Origin: Patescibacteria group bacterium
GTDB taxonomy: Bacteria; Patescibacteriota; Patescibacteriia; JBAZBY01
Length of the DNA: 64,000 nt
Assembly: GCA_041671225.1 (NCBI GenBank)
Contig: JBAZBY010000001.1
Location: 961,130 to 1,025,129 of the forward strand
Direction: 5' to 3'
Part shown: piece after piece, positions 8,981 through 21,700 of the stretch
How positions within the stretch are numbered: the stretch's first letter is position 1
How the letters are laid out: each line of letters begins with the position of its first letter
Notes under the pieces: model-generated
Told to the model about the DNA's origin: nothing
The model's database searches: none
Seen by the model: only the letters and a program-made list of their open reading frames with translations
Program-made: the position numbers and the translations under genes

Positions 8981-11224
8981 ATGCAGCGTTTCTTTCTTGA
9001 CATCGAAAAACTCCACGTTGGGGACCAAAACGCAAGTGCGCATGCTTCACACGTTTTTCTCGCCCAACCCACTCCGCTCGAGGAGCAAGCTCTTGGGCGT
9101 CTTTTCATATTGGTTGATATTGCGCATCCAGATGAAAACGCAACGAACATTTTGCGTACCATACAAAATGAGCTAAAGGAGTCCTATTACCACACAGAAG
9201 AGCTTGCCATTAGCACGGCATTTGAGGAGGCACTGAATCACGTTAACCGCAAACTCCATAGCTTGGTGCGCGAAGGCATAACGGACTGGCTGGAAGAATT
9301 CTCTGCTTTGATCGGCGTGATCCATGGCGAGCACATCATCTTCACGCACCTCGGCCGCATGGATATGTTTCTTATCCTTGGTCGGCGCATGGTGAATGTG
9401 CTGGATTCTCCGGAACGCGATGAACCTGCAAATCCTCTCAAGATTTTTTCTTCTATTGTTGAAGGTGAACTCACCGAGGGTTCATCAGTATTAATGACAA
9501 CGTCAACGCTGCTGGATTATTTCTCGCAGGAAAAACTCCGACAGCTCATTGTTGGCCGCCCGACACATGAAGCCATCACTGCACTCGAGCAACTCCTGCA
9601 TGAGCATCAACATGATGCGGAATTTCTTGCGATTACCGCGCGCCTCATCCCCACGCATGATGAAGTGCCGATGTATCGCGTACCGGCAAATGAACAGCCT
9701 CGACGCGTACCAACGGGTTCTGACGCATCAATGGATGATCTCATCATCCGCGAGAACAAAACAAACGAACTACTCGCGCCGTCTATCCTCGCAGAAGCGG
9801 GAAAGCGCAGCAGCAAAATTGCGCATGATTTTGCATCATTTTGGCGCACGAAAATTCAGCACAAACCAGAGCGCCGCATACATGCGGGCGGCGTGATTCG
9901 CTCACCGCACAGTATGTCTATCGAACGGCCGCACTACTTCCTGCAATTCGTTGCACTCCTTGAACGCGGTTTGCGAATATTGGTGGGCGGGGGTGTGCGT
10001 GGTGTTCAAAAACTGCGAAAGGAAAAACCTATTCATGAACGCGCACTCGAACTGCCAAAGGAAACAGAGGGACTTATATCCAAGCAAGTGATCCGCTTTC
10101 AGCATCTCCCAAAAAACCGGAAGATAATACTCATGATAGCGCTCGTTGCGCTCGTTGTTTTTGCGCAAAGCATTGTTTGGCTCGGGCAACGTTCACGCAA
10201 TGCGGAACAAACTGAACAACTCGCACTGACATTCGTGAATATTGAGGAGAATCTTCTCGATGCGGAAACCTCTCTGAGTTTTGGCGACAATACCGGCGCG
10301 CAGAGCGTGCTCCGCGAAAATATTCATCTCCTTGATGATGCGCATATATCAAATAAAAACGATCGTGAGCGGGCTGACGATCTTCGCACACGCACCGATG
10401 TGCTACTGAATGAAACGCGCAACATCCACACCATAGATACTATGGTTGTAAAAGCGGATTTTACGAGCTTAAGCCCAGATGCGCAAGGGACAAAACTCGT
10501 TGCAGTAGGAACGCTTCTCTATGCATACAACCCGAATACCAACGCACTCTACCGCGTGGGCACTGATGAGCTCGAACTGACAGTTATTGCACCGCCCGAC
10601 TTTGCGCTTGGTGATGTGCGAATCATGACCACTGATGGTGAACGCATACTCCTTCTGAATAACGACAATCTCCTCTTTGCATACTCCCCTGACGATGATA
10701 CATGGAGTACGCTTTCATTCCCCATTCCTGCTGGTGAGCATAACTTCACTGCCGCAACAACATTTCTGGATCGCCTCTATATGGTTGATGCAAACGAAAA
10801 TCAAATCTTCCGCTTCCCGGCGGCAGCAACGGGATTTGGTGGCTCATCCACTTGGGTGCGAGATGAAGTCATTGCATTCACAAATGCGATTGATATCGAT
10901 ATCGACGGCAATGTCTATATCACTTTTAATGATGGAACTATTCAGCGTTACTTCCAAGGAGCACGTGACACATTCTCACTGAAGGCGGTTGATCCTGAAC
11001 TGACGGTTGCCACTGCGATGTGGACAATTGAAGGCAGTGAGGGTATCTATATTCTTGATGGCCCAGGCAAACGCGTTGTGCGCTTTACAAAAGAGGGTCA
11101 ATTTGTGGAACAATACAGCATCACATCAGAAGCGCCGCTACTTGGCTTCTCTGTTGATGAAGTAAACCAGCGCATATTCATCCTGAACGGCCAAACCGTC
11201 AGCGAGTTTTCCATTTCAGAATAG
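8981..11224 (+). CDS. Conserved CPR membrane protein (PP2C-like N-terminus, TM, beta-propeller C-terminus)
   Basis: 747-aa ORF with a single TM (IILMIALVALVVFA) and NHL-like propeller repeats (LYMVD, IDIDGNVY, IYILD). Confidence 0.7.
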   Translation: MQRFFLDIEKLHVGDQNASAHASHVFLAQPTPLEEQALGRLFILVDIAHPDENATNILRTIQNELKESYYHTEELAISTAFEEALNHVNRKLHSLVREGITDWLEEFSALIGVIHGEHIIFTHLGRMDMFLILGRRMVNVLDSPERDEPANPLKIFSSIVEGELTEGSSVLMTTSTLLDYFSQEKLRQLIVGRPTHEAITALEQLLHEHQHDAEFLAITARLIPTHDEVPMYRVPANEQPRRVPTGSDASMDDLIIRENKTNELLAPSILAEAGKRSSKIAHDFASFWRTKIQHKPERRIHAGGVIRSPHSMSIERPHYFLQFVALLERGLRILVGGGVRGVQKLRKEKPIHERALELPKETEGLISKQVIRFQHLPKNRKIILMIALVALVVFAQSIVWLGQRSRNAEQTEQLALTFVNIEENLLDAETSLSFGDNTGAQSVLRENIHLLDDAHISNKNDRERADDLRTRTDVLLNETRNIHTIDTMVVKADFTSLSPDAQGTKLVAVGTLLYAYNPNTNALYRVGTDELELTVIAPPDFALGDVRIMTTDGERILLLNNDNLLFAYSPDDDTWSTLSFPIPAGEHNFTAATTFLDRLYMVDANENQIFRFPAAATGFGGSSTWVRDEVIAFTNAIDIDIDGNVYITFNDGTIQRYFQGARDTFSLKAVDPELTVATAMWTIEGSEGIYILDGPGKRVVRFTKEGQFVEQYSITSEAPLLGFSVDEVNQRIFILNGQTVSEFSISE

Positions 11225-11233
11225 CAGAGAACC

Positions 11234-11265
11234 AAAACGCCCCGCCGAATGGCGGGGCGTCTTTT
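11234..11265. terminator. Bidirectional terminator
   Basis: ACGCCCCGCC-GAAT-GGCGGGGCGT flanked by A and T runs, between convergent genes. Confidence 0.8.
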
Positions 11266-11283
11266 GATTTTCTCTAAAGAAAA

Positions 11284-11739
11284 TTATTTGAGGTTGACGG
11301 TTGCACCAGCTTCTTCGAGCTTCTTCTTCAGCTCTTCTGCTTCTGCCTTCTTCAGACCTTCTGCAATAACGGTTGGAGCGCCATCGACCATATCCTTTGC
11401 TTCTTTAAGACCTTTCTGAGTTACCTCACGAACGACCTTAATAACTGCGATCTTGCTTGATCCTGCAGCCGCGATTTCCACATCGAAGGAGTCCTTCTCT
11501 TCTGCGGCACCAGCATCGCCAGCAGCCGCGGCACCTGCCATCATCATTGGGGCAGCAGCAGAAACACCGAACTTCTTCTCAAGGATCTTCACGAGTTCAG
11601 AAAGGTCCAAGACGGACATCTTTTCGATCTCGGTGACGAGCTTCGCAAACTTTTCAGGTACTGTTACCTCTTCATTCACTACTTCTTCTTTTGTATCCGC
11701 CGCAGCTTCTGCGGAGGCGGACATTTCTTCTTCAGCCAT
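11284..11739 (-). CDS. rplL: 50S ribosomal protein L7/L12
   Basis: [44 protein letters not shown]. Confidence 0.97.
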   Translation of the reverse strand: MAEEEMSASAEAAADTKEEVVNEEVTVPEKFAKLVTEIEKMSVLDLSELVKILEKKFGVSAAAPMMMAGAAAAGDAGAAEEKDSFDVEIAAAGSSKIAVIKVVREVTQKGLKEAKDMVDGAPTVIAEGLKKAEAEELKKKLEEAGATVNLK

Positions 11740-11763
11740 GGTTTTGAATCTAATGTGTATGAT

Positions 11764-12288
11764 TTATGAACTTTTTTCTGAAATTGCCTTCAAGGTTTGC
11801 ACCAAACCGCGCAGGTTACCAGCAAGCACACGTGCAAAACCGGTAATGGGGGCCTGCAACACATACACCGTCTTTGCGAGAAGTTCCTGGCGTGACGGAA
11901 GCATTGCGAGCTCATTGACCTGCGCCTCATTAACATATGCACCTTCAAGAACGCCGCCTTTGAGTACGATCTGCTCTGTGTGATCCTTTGCGAATTTGTG
12001 AAGCAATCGAGCTGGTGCAATCGCGTCACCACTGCCAAAGGCAACGGCAATCGTACGATCCCACTCATCAACAGGCACTGCGAGTCCTGAATCCTTCAGG
12101 GCAAGCTTCAGAAGTGTTTTTTTCACAGAAACGAGTTCGACCTGCTCGCTCTTGAGCTCCTTGCGGAGTTTATTCAGATCGTTCATCTCAAGCTTATCCT
12201 GAATAACAAACACCGTAGACGGTGCGTTCTTCAAGCCTGCGATGACCTTCTGAACTATTTCTTCTTTTTTTTCTCGTGATTTTGGCAT
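11764..12288 (-). CDS. rplJ: 50S ribosomal protein L10
   Basis: KKEEIV, VKKTL and LAMLPSRQEL motifs; upstream of rplL. Confidence 0.95.
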   Translation of the reverse strand: MPKSREKKEEIVQKVIAGLKNAPSTVFVIQDKLEMNDLNKLRKELKSEQVELVSVKKTLLKLALKDSGLAVPVDEWDRTIAVAFGSGDAIAPARLLHKFAKDHTEQIVLKGGVLEGAYVNEAQVNELAMLPSRQELLAKTVYVLQAPITGFARVLAGNLRGLVQTLKAISEKSS

Positions 12289-12332
12289 AAGGGTATTCGA
12301 GCTTAGCTCGATAGAGACAAAAAATACGGTTA

Positions 12333-12425
12333 TTCACCGTAGACAATAGGCACAACGTGCGCACTTTGTTTACCTCGAGAGGATTTATTGCCCTTGTTTC
12401 TGGGTTACCTCTGGTCTTTGGTGAA
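12333..12425 (-). promoter_or_regulatory. L10 leader (rplJL autoregulatory RNA)
   Basis: CACCAAAGACCAGAGG...TAAAATCCTCTCGAGG...GTCTACGGTG pattern upstream of rplJ. Promoter TTGACA-16-TATACT at 12461-12434. Confidence 0.75.
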
Positions 12426-12528
12426 CGAAACGGAGTATAGCAGGTGTAAAAATACTGTCAACCAATGCGCCATTATGAGCCCCGTCGTAGCCCGAAGGGC
12501 GAAGACGCGGGCGTGGTAATAACGAAGT

Positions 12529-13227
12529 CTACGGATGAATAACCGTACCTTTAAAAGGCTTCCCAGCAAGTGCTGCCGTAAGATTTGTGATGTTCATACC
12601 GTTCAGAACAATAACGATCATACCATTCTTGCGCGCACGCTTCACCGCTGTTGGATCAAAAGGCGCATGCATCCCAGGGGTCCGAACGAGCGGGAAGCGC
12701 TGCACATACTCTCTCCATGTCACATCCTTCAGTATTCGCGCGTTTCGAAACTTTGCAGGATCTTTCTCATAGACGTAGTCGATGTTTGAAAGATTGAAAA
12801 TCGTCTTCGCGTGAAGCTTTTCTGCAAGAAACACCGTATCCAAATCCGTCGAAGAGCCGGGCTTCTCCCCCGCCCCCACCACTATCTGATGCCGCGGGAG
12901 CGGATCATGATAGCTCGCGATCACCGGCGATGCCGATGGACCGAGCACAAAACGCATGAACTCCGCATTGACCTGCGTGGTGCGGATACCGATCCAATCA
13001 AGCGCATCGTGGCCGTGAACGCCGAGGTCGCGCGCTGCGGTTTGGTAAAATCTGCATGGCTGGCCCCCGCCAAATACGACTCCCAATCGATGTGTTTTTG
13101 AGGCAGACAGCAACACACTCCGGAGCTTCCGAATGAATGCACGATCGATCTTCCCTGGATTGATGATGGATCCACCGATGGAAAGAACCATCGGCTGCTT
13201 ATTTGAGATACTTCGCTTTATTGGCAT
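12529..13227 (-). CDS. pyrH: UMP kinase (archaeal-like type)
   Basis: VLSIGGS, GGG, DWIGI, PGSSTD, YVYEKDP and PFDP motifs. Start is uncertain (13227 or 13191). Confidence 0.9.
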   Translation of the reverse strand: MPIKRSISNKQPMVLSIGGSIINPGKIDRAFIRKLRSVLLSASKTHRLGVVFGGGQPCRFYQTAARDLGVHGHDALDWIGIRTTQVNAEFMRFVLGPSASPVIASYHDPLPRHQIVVGAGEKPGSSTDLDTVFLAEKLHAKTIFNLSNIDYVYEKDPAKFRNARILKDVTWREYVQRFPLVRTPGMHAPFDPTAVKRARKNGMIVIVLNGMNITNLTAALAGKPFKGTVIHP

Positions 13228-14269
13228 TGTGCTCATCTAATGTTCGTGAGAAAACCGCCGTACCGTCTTCTTTGGTGAGGAAATAATAATAGTCGTTCGG
13301 CGTGGGGCTCAATGCCGCTTCGATCGCCGCAATGCTCGGATTGCCGATGGGTCCCGGCGGCAGACCCGGATACTCATACGTATTGTACGGCGAGTCGATA
13401 CTGATATCCGCAAATGACGGCCGGGTGGTATTTTTCCCCGTCACATAATTCACCGTGGCATCGGACTGCAATGGGATGCCTTCATCCAACCGCTTCCAAA
13501 ACACATCAGCGGCATTCTTCATGTCAGCGTCTGTTAATACCTCGCGCTCGATAATGGAAGCAACCGTAAGAATCTCAAAAAGTGAACGGTTGCTTGCATC
13601 AATTGCATCTTCATACGGCGCAATTTTTTCCTCAAAATTATCAAGCATCTTTTTCACGATTTCCTCCACATCAAATTCAGGATAAATGTGATAGGTATCG
13701 GGATAAAGAAAACCCTCAAGCGTTGCATGCAAAGGTTTTTTTGCGAGAAACGCATAGGTTGAATCTGGTACCACCTCGCGACTGTCGGCCACATCAAGCG
13801 CAGCAAGAAAAACAGCCTCATCAATAGACCCATCATGAGCTACCTCATAGACCTCACTCAAATAGGTCGCAATGGTCGCATTCGACCAACCCTCGCGAAT
13901 CGTGATTCGTACCTGATTATTTTGAATAACCCCCTCCTCAACCACATCATCAACTTCACCTTCAGAAATCTTACGCGCAATTTCCTGACTGGAAAAACTC
14001 GGACGCAGCTCATAGGTTCCTGCTTGAAACGTTTTTGCAATACCTTCCACTTTTGCATACGTAGAAAAAACAAGCTCATTGCGAATAAGGCTGACTTCTT
14101 TAAGGTTCTTCCCGATTGTCCTTACGCCTTGACCTTCTTCAATAAGAAACGAAATTGCTGTCTCGTCATTGGAAACCGCGCGTAGCTGATTCGTAAACCA
14201 TGCAAAGCAAATGCCAAAACCAAGCAATACAACCACAACAAGCCCCGCAAGAAGTGTGCGTATGTTCAT
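13199..14269 (-). CDS. mltG: Endolytic transglycosylase MltG
   Basis: LEGFLYPDTY, ASIIERE, LQSDATVNY, SPYNTY and GLPPGPIGNP motifs. Confidence 0.95.
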   Translation of the reverse strand: MNIRTLLAGLVVVVLLGFGICFAWFTNQLRAVSNDETAISFLIEEGQGVRTIGKNLKEVSLIRNELVFSTYAKVEGIAKTFQAGTYELRPSFSSQEIARKISEGEVDDVVEEGVIQNNQVRITIREGWSNATIATYLSEVYEVAHDGSIDEAVFLAALDVADSREVVPDSTYAFLAKKPLHATLEGFLYPDTYHIYPEFDVEEIVKKMLDNFEEKIAPYEDAIDASNRSLFEILTVASIIEREVLTDADMKNAADVFWKRLDEGIPLQSDATVNYVTGKNTTRPSFADISIDSPYNTYEYPGLPPGPIGNPSIAAIEAALSPTPNDYYYFLTKEDGTAVFSRTLDEHNANKAKYLK

Positions 14270-15348
14270 AGAAGATCGTCGCGTTTTTCTTCTTGTAATT
14301 TTTCCACGATCTTTTTGATTTCCTGGTCGCGTTTCTTATCTGCAACAAGCAACGCATCACCGGTATCCACAATGATCAAATCTTCCACGCCGAGCGTTGC
14401 GATCACCTTTTTTTCATCAACACCATAAATCATCGTGTTTTTGGTATCCACGCTAATGTGTTGCACGCCTTGCACAACATTATCATCGCTGTTTTCTTCC
14501 TGAACGCGCTTCAATTCACTCCATAATCCCACATCGCTCCAATCAAAAGGCGCTTTGATAATGAGCACATCCTTCGTATCCAATTTCTCTGTAATTGCAT
14601 AATCAATGGAAATCTTCTCTAATTGTGCATAAACTTCCGGAATGGCATCCTTCTTCCCTTCTTTCCACAACTGCTGAATCTCCCGCAAAAGCCTTGCCGT
14701 CTCTGGCGCATGCTTTTCATAGGCTTCCAGAAACTTCCGCGGTGTCCACATGTAGTAATTGCCATGCCAGAGATATTCCCCGCTCTTTATATATTCCTCA
14801 GCGGTTTCTTTGGGGGGTTTTTCCTTATGCCCCTTGAATTCATAGATTTCCACACCATTTCGTTCTTCCAGGCGCTTACCAACATGTGTATAACCCAGAT
14901 TCGTTGTTGGCCAGGTTGGTTCCACGCCAATATCAAGCAATTTCCCTGTTTCTCTAATCAATCCCTCGCCCACGTGAAGACTCGCCCGAAAACGCTCATG
15001 ATCCGCAATATAGTGATCTGAGGGTAAAAATGCGACAGGTTCATCAGGAGTAGAAAGTTCCAAAATGGCCGCAACAAAACCCATTGCCGGACCAGTATCC
15101 CTTTTTTCAGGTTCAACAAGAATATGGTCTTCTGGAACCTGTGGAAAAGTTTCCCGAATGAATCCTGCGGTTCCCTCAGTAACGGAATAATAGAGCGAAT
15201 CTTCGGGAAAATCAGTCCCAAGACGTTCCCGCGTGAGCTCCAAAAGGCTGGATTTTCCAAGAACTCGTTGAAACTGCTTGGGGCGCTTTGAGCGAGAAAG
15301 CGGCCAAAGACGTGTACCGCCACCGCCAGCAAGAATGACTATATTCAT
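14266..15348 (-). CDS. manC: Mannose-1-phosphate guanylyltransferase
   Basis: ILAGGGGTRLWPLSR, PKQF, EPEKRDT, PSDH, ISIDYA and WSDVG motifs. Confidence 0.92.
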   Translation of the reverse strand: MNIVILAGGGGTRLWPLSRSKRPKQFQRVLGKSSLLELTRERLGTDFPEDSLYYSVTEGTAGFIRETFPQVPEDHILVEPEKRDTGPAMGFVAAILELSTPDEPVAFLPSDHYIADHERFRASLHVGEGLIRETGKLLDIGVEPTWPTTNLGYTHVGKRLEERNGVEIYEFKGHKEKPPKETAEEYIKSGEYLWHGNYYMWTPRKFLEAYEKHAPETARLLREIQQLWKEGKKDAIPEVYAQLEKISIDYAITEKLDTKDVLIIKAPFDWSDVGLWSELKRVQEENSDDNVVQGVQHISVDTKNTMIYGVDEKKVIATLGVEDLIIVDTGDALLVADKKRDQEIKKIVEKLQEEKRDDLL

Positions 15349-15506
15349 ACTGGCATATCCTATCATTTTATGGCTTTTTCTACTAGAAAAAAACTGATTC
15401 TGTATGACATTGCACTTTTCTTTTTGTAATCATGACCAATGCTGTTCGGCTATGATGATGTCTCGAAAGCCAATATGTTCATTGTAAATCCTCGCACGAA
15501 ATCATC

Positions 15507-15535
15507 TTGACAAATTTCTTCACTTGCAGTAAGGT
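15507..15535 (+). promoter_or_regulatory. Promoter of the adhesin-sortase operon
   Basis: TTGACA-17 bp-TAAGGT, about 260 nt upstream of the start codon. Confidence 0.5.
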
Positions 15536-15799
15536 ATTTTGTGCCTAAGGGGGGGGTTCTATTTTGTAGAACATCCTGTTTTCAGTCATTGCTCATTCAC
15601 CGTTCTTTTGCACTCACTCTCACATACTCTCTCGCTTTCCTGGGACGATATCCCGGGTAAAACGAAAAGCCAACGAAAGGTTCAAATAATCTGCTTGCTC
15701 ACACAACCCTTTGAAAAAGGGGGGCAACATGCTAGACATAAAAAATTTGAATTTTTTGTTGGCTTTTTCATTACAAACATTACTTTTTCCATAACATAT

Positions 15800-18700
15800 A
15801 TGATTCAACTCGTAATAAAGCATAAAACGAAGCAGCGCCTTGTGAAGGCGGTGAACGTTTTTGTGCAGTTCACCTTCGTGGTGTACAGCGTCGGGTTCGG
15901 CTTTTTGGCCGCCCCGATGCAGGCAAACGCAGCTTCCACCCCTATCATCGGTGAAGCGGAAGACACCGCAGGCCTCGTAACCACCACAGACACCAAACAA
16001 CTGGCGCCCGCAGCAGAAACAGTAACCACTGATGCAACCTGCCCCACTGGGGATGTTCATGCATATGTAAGCGCGACTGGGCCCTTGGTCTACGACCTCG
16101 GCCACTACGACGGATCAGCAACGATCACGGGAAATGCAACGACGGCACATTGGGCTGTATCTCCTGGTTACACCATCAGCAAAGTGTGTATAAAAATTGA
16201 CGGTCCTGATGGCGGCAGCTTGATCACAAATCTTGACCCACCAGCAGTCGGAACATACACGAAGGACCAATACGATATCATCAGTATTGTTCTCTACACC
16301 GACCTGACGCCTTATACAAACCCCCGGCTGGCAAATTCATGTGGTCTTGATATTGCGTTGGTCATTGATAGCTCTGGTTCCATTGATACTGGCGAACTTC
16401 TAGACATGAAAAATGCATATCACGCCTTTGTGAATGCACTGCTCCCTGCAACTCCGACGCAGTTCGGTGTTGTGGAATTCGACACGAACGTGGTGACCCC
16501 GACGCTCAGCTTTACGAATATCGCCACCACGGTCAACGATCGCATTGACGATGCAGAGAGCGAAGGTTGGACCAACTGGGCGGATGCCTTGGAAGAAACA
16601 TCCCGTCTCCCGTTTAAAAATCGCACAAATCCTGATCTTGTGATCTTTGCTTCAGACGGCAATCCGAACACGATTGATATCAACGCTCCTGCATACAATG
16701 CCGGCCACTACAGCGACACCACGGCCACGAACGCAGCAATGGTGTACTCCGAGCAGATCAAAGCAGCCGGCATCCGCATACTTTCGGTTGGCATTGGTGA
16801 TGGACTTGATATTGAAAACCTCAAAGCAATCTCCGGACCGAACGTGAACACTGGCAACATCCTGACAAGTGACGTGATCACGACAAGCTTTACCACGCTG
16901 GCGGCAGATCTCGCAAAGGTTGCAACAACACTCTGCGGCGGAACCATCACCGTAACCAAGAATGTGGACGGCACACCGGCAGCAGGCTGGGAGTTCAGCG
17001 CAGATGTAACCGATGGCACCGTGGATCCGGTGAGCGGTACAACGACTGGAACAGAAGGCCAGGTCACGTTTGACATCAGCGACATCGGTGCAAATGGAGC
17101 AACGGCAAGCATCACGGAAACAACGCAGAACGGCTTTGCACTCAATGATGCGTCCTGCAGTGACCAGAATAAACATGAGGTTGGAACCTTCAACCCGCAA
17201 ACGCACAGCGTCGATGGCATTCCAGTGAGTCAGCAAGACATCATCTCCTGCACGTTCAACAACCTCACCCAGAAAGGCGATTTGACCGTCATCAAGCACG
17301 TTGTTGGCGGAACTGCACAAGCATCGAACTGGACCATGAACATCAACAATGGCGTCGGTTCATTCCCTGGCAGTGAAACGGGGACACAGAAAACAGTAAC
17401 CCCCGGAATATACACCGTTACTGAATCCGGCGGCCCGAGCGGCTACACTCTCACCTACTCTGGTGATTGTAATGCACAAGGTGTTGTTTCTGTTGCTTCC
17501 AACGAAGACAAGACCTGCACCCTCACGAACACGCGCGACACGGGCGACTTGACGATCGTCAAGCAAGATCAAAACCAGCAACGCATGCCTGGCGTCGTAT
17601 TCTCGGTTGATGGAACACAGTACACAACGGACAGCAACGGTACCATTGTCGTTCCGGCGCCAGTCTACACCGGTGAACATACTGTCCTTGAAACCTCACC
17701 GGACGGCTATACCTTCTCGAGCGTCACTGGCACGAATTGCACCAACAGCAATCCCTCCATTGCAACGGTTGTCACAGAAGGAACGACCTGTACGTTTACC
17801 AACACCAGAAACACCGCCACTATCACCTTTGACAAGGTGGTGCTCGGCGGTGGTCCAGCAATGGACCAGGACTGGACCTTCACCATTGACGGCCAGGCAG
17901 GCTCATGGAAAGACGGCCAGTCAGTTGCACTCCCCACAGGCACCGGACCGTACACCGTACATGAATCATCTGCATATGATGCACAGTACACATTGACCGG
18001 CGCATCCGGCGCATGTTCGCTCGTGAAGGGAGAGATCAAGCTCAACGTCGGCGATGAAAATGCAACCTGCACGGTGACCAACGCCCGCAAGACGGGCACC
18101 ATCACTGTGAACAAAAAATTCGATGATAACGGCGACGGACAGATCGACCGCACAAATCCCGGAACCTGGACATGGGATGTCGTTGGCGGCACGCAGAACA
18201 ATGCGGGCGGCGCAACCCTGACCCTTCCGACCGGCCCATACACGCTCACTGAAGATACGATCGCGGATTACAATTCTTCCTGGACATGCACGGATACAAC
18301 GAGCGGCAACGGCGTGAGTATTGCTACAACGCTCGGCGCAAGTCAGGATCTCACCTGCACGTTCACGAACACGCGCAAAACCGGCAACGTGACCTTTGAA
18401 AAGGTCGTTGCAACCGGAACAGCAAACCCAAGCGCATGGACGTTCACCATCGATGGAATTGTGGGAACATTCAATCACGGCCAACGCATCTCGCTCCCGA
18501 CCGGAGATTATACCGTCACTGAACACGGCCCTGCGGGTTATTCCAAGACGGGCGCGTCCGGCATCTGCGGTGCGCTGACAGCGCCAACACTGAGCGCTGC
18601 ATTTACTCCCATCATGGAAGGCACTGCCATCATGCATGTCACGGAAGACGGTGGCACGTGCACCTTCACGAACGAACGCGACACCGGAACCATCACCGTT

Positions 18701-21700
18701 CTCAAGAACGTTGACATGGACGGCGACGGCGATATTGACGTGTTCGGCGCAACCGACTGGAGCTGGAACATCACGAATGGCCAGCAGAACATCGCGACCG
18801 GGCAAGTTGTTGAAGTGGAAACCGGCGCATACACCATCACGGAAAACCAGAAGCCTGGCTACCACGTGACGAACGTGACCTGCAATGACAACAATTTCGG
18901 CGCATCGATTTCCGCAGACATCATGGTGAATAAGGATCAAAACGTCACCTGCTCGTTCATCAACACGCGCGACACTGGAACGGTGACCTTCAATAAAGTG
19001 ATCCCGGGATATCCGGACGCAAAGACACTCTTTGAGTTCCGCGCCGACGGACGCATCTTCCATGACAACGAGTCTGGCACATTCCAGACCGGTGAATACA
19101 CCGTCACAGAGAACGACGTTGAAGGATATTCCTTTGACAGCGCTTCCGGCATCTGCGAGTACGACGAAAAAACGCATGACATTACGATGAACGTGACGGC
19201 GGATGGCGGTACCTGCATCATCACCAACACGCGCGACATCGGCACCATCTCCGGAGTGAAGTTCAATGACTTGAACGGAAACGGCGTTCGCGATGCAGGA
19301 GAGCCTGGCGTTGCAAATGTCACCATCAATGCAAACAACGGCATGAGCACGACCACGGATGGTACCGGCGCATTTGCCTTTATGAACGTCCCGACCGGCC
19401 AGTACGCGGTGAGTGAAGTTGTTCCTGCTGGTTGGATCGCGACCACTCCTGCATCGGTCAACGTTACCGTAGTAAAGAATGAAACCGCATCTGTCGCGTT
19501 CGGCAACTTCAAACTTGGGACAATCACCGGTATGAAGTTCAATGATGTGAACGGTGACGGACAGGGCGATGATGAAGATGGTCTCAAGAACTGGACCATC
19601 CAGCTCTGGGTCTGCAATCCTCTTGTGCTTGATACAAACAGCGACAGTGACTTCGGCCTTGATGATGCAACGCGTTTCACAATGGCCTATAAGACCGGGG
19701 ATGTATCCGGCTCGGACGCAAACGGCAACGGTATCATTGATACCGCAGATTTGAAGTGTGCAAAGGATGCATACAGCGATGGCATCTTGAACCCGATCGC
19801 GAGCACGCTGACCGACGAAGATGGAGAGTACTCTTTCAATGACCTCGGCCCTGGCACATACTTCATCACTGAAGTCCAGCAAGACGGCTGGCAGCAAACC
19901 GCACCAGCATCCGGCTACCACCAGGTTCAACTTACCTCAGGTGCGAACATCACTGACAAGGACTTCGGGAACTTCCAGCTCGGCCGCATCAGTGGCTACA
20001 AATATGACACACAGGAAAACTGGCTGAATGGCTGGGAGATCTGCCTTATGCCCGTCGTTGGGCAGCAGGATGATCTTGCACTCACCTCCATAAGTGAAAG
20101 TGAAGACAACTGCGTCATCACCGGATCCGGCGAATGGCCAGATGGGTATTATGAGTTCACGGATCTCTTTGCCGGTATGTATACCGTGCAAGAAACACAA
20201 CAGTCCGGGTGGAAACAAGTCTCCCCGAATGATCCTGGCACATACACCGTGGAAGTCACCTCTGGTACCGGATACGGCGAATCCGAGCTGTATGACTTCG
20301 TGAACCGCCAGCTCTTCCCGGATCTCACCATCAGCAAAGATGACGGACTTGCACAGGCAGAACCAGGCGCAACGCTCACCTATGCCATCACCGTAACCAA
20401 CAACGGCGAGTACGATGCACATGGAGTGTTCATCCTGGATACACTGCCAGCACATGTCACCTACGTCTCTGATACCTCGGGCGTCTCCGTGAATCAATCC
20501 GGCACGACGCTCATGTGGGACTTCCCCGCATTGACGCTTGCCGCAGGTGAAAGCATGAGTTTTGACCTCACGGTAAAGATAGACGACATCATGCCGACTG
20601 GCACCACCACGCTCACCAATGCCATCGTGGTCTCAACTGAATCCGTGGAATCGGATCTCACAAATAACAGCGCATCAGACACAACAACTGTTGCGGCTGC
20701 TCCGATCATCAGCATCGCAAAGAGCGACTCCCCTGACCCGGTTGAAGCAGGTGCACTCCTCACATACACCATTGACTGGGATGTGATGGGCAATGCCGTT
20801 GCAACAAATGTCACCATTGTCGACACGCTGGATGCAAACACGAGCTTTGTCTCTGCTTCAAACAGCGGCGCCTATGATGCAAGCACTCACATGGTCACAT
20901 GGAATCTCGGCGATATCACACCGCTTGCAAACGGCAGCCTCACGCTTGTTGTGCGCGTTGCAAGCCCGCTTACAAACGCAACGGAACTTGTGAACACCGT
21001 TGTCATGGACAGCAGCGAAAACACACCGGTCAATGATGATGAACCGACAACGGTCACATCTGCGCCGGAACTTACCATCACAAAGGACGTGAGCCAGGTT
21101 GCGGCAAACCCAGGAAACAAGATTACCTACACCATCATTGTTAGCAACCTCGCAAGCGCAAACGCTATCGCAAAGGACGTCACGATCAGTGACACCCTGC
21201 CAAATGGCTTCACACTCGCAAGCGACGACAAAGGCGTATACAACGTGAACGTCGGCGATCTTGCTCCTGGTGAAAGTGAAAGCGTCAGCTTTGACGTCAT
21301 CATTGGCAAAGGCGTTACTGCAGGAGCCTACACCAACACGGGTATTGGCGACGCAGACAACAGCGAGCCTGTTGATGATGATGCAGTTATCACCGTCGTT
21401 GTACCAAAGGTTCTCGGCGTTGATACGAGCGCTCAGCTCACCATCAATAAGACCGTGGACAAGGAGGTAATTAATCCTCGAGGATTGCTGCTCTACTCCG
21501 TGACCGTGACCAACGTCGGCGATGAAACCGCGACGAACGTGACCGTGACGGACAACTTGCCACAGGGCTTCACCTTTGTGGCTGACGGAGCGGTGACCAA
21601 GGTCTACGCCATCGGTGATCTTGAACCGAATCACAGCCGCACCATTACGTACCAAGTACGCGTTGCAGAAGATGCAAAGGCCGGTACGTACACCAACCTT

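Noticed and set aside
17966-19930. 654-aa minus-strand ORF and other long antisense ORFs
   Set aside because: These are shadow frames of the adhesin and other real genes, with no motifs of their own.
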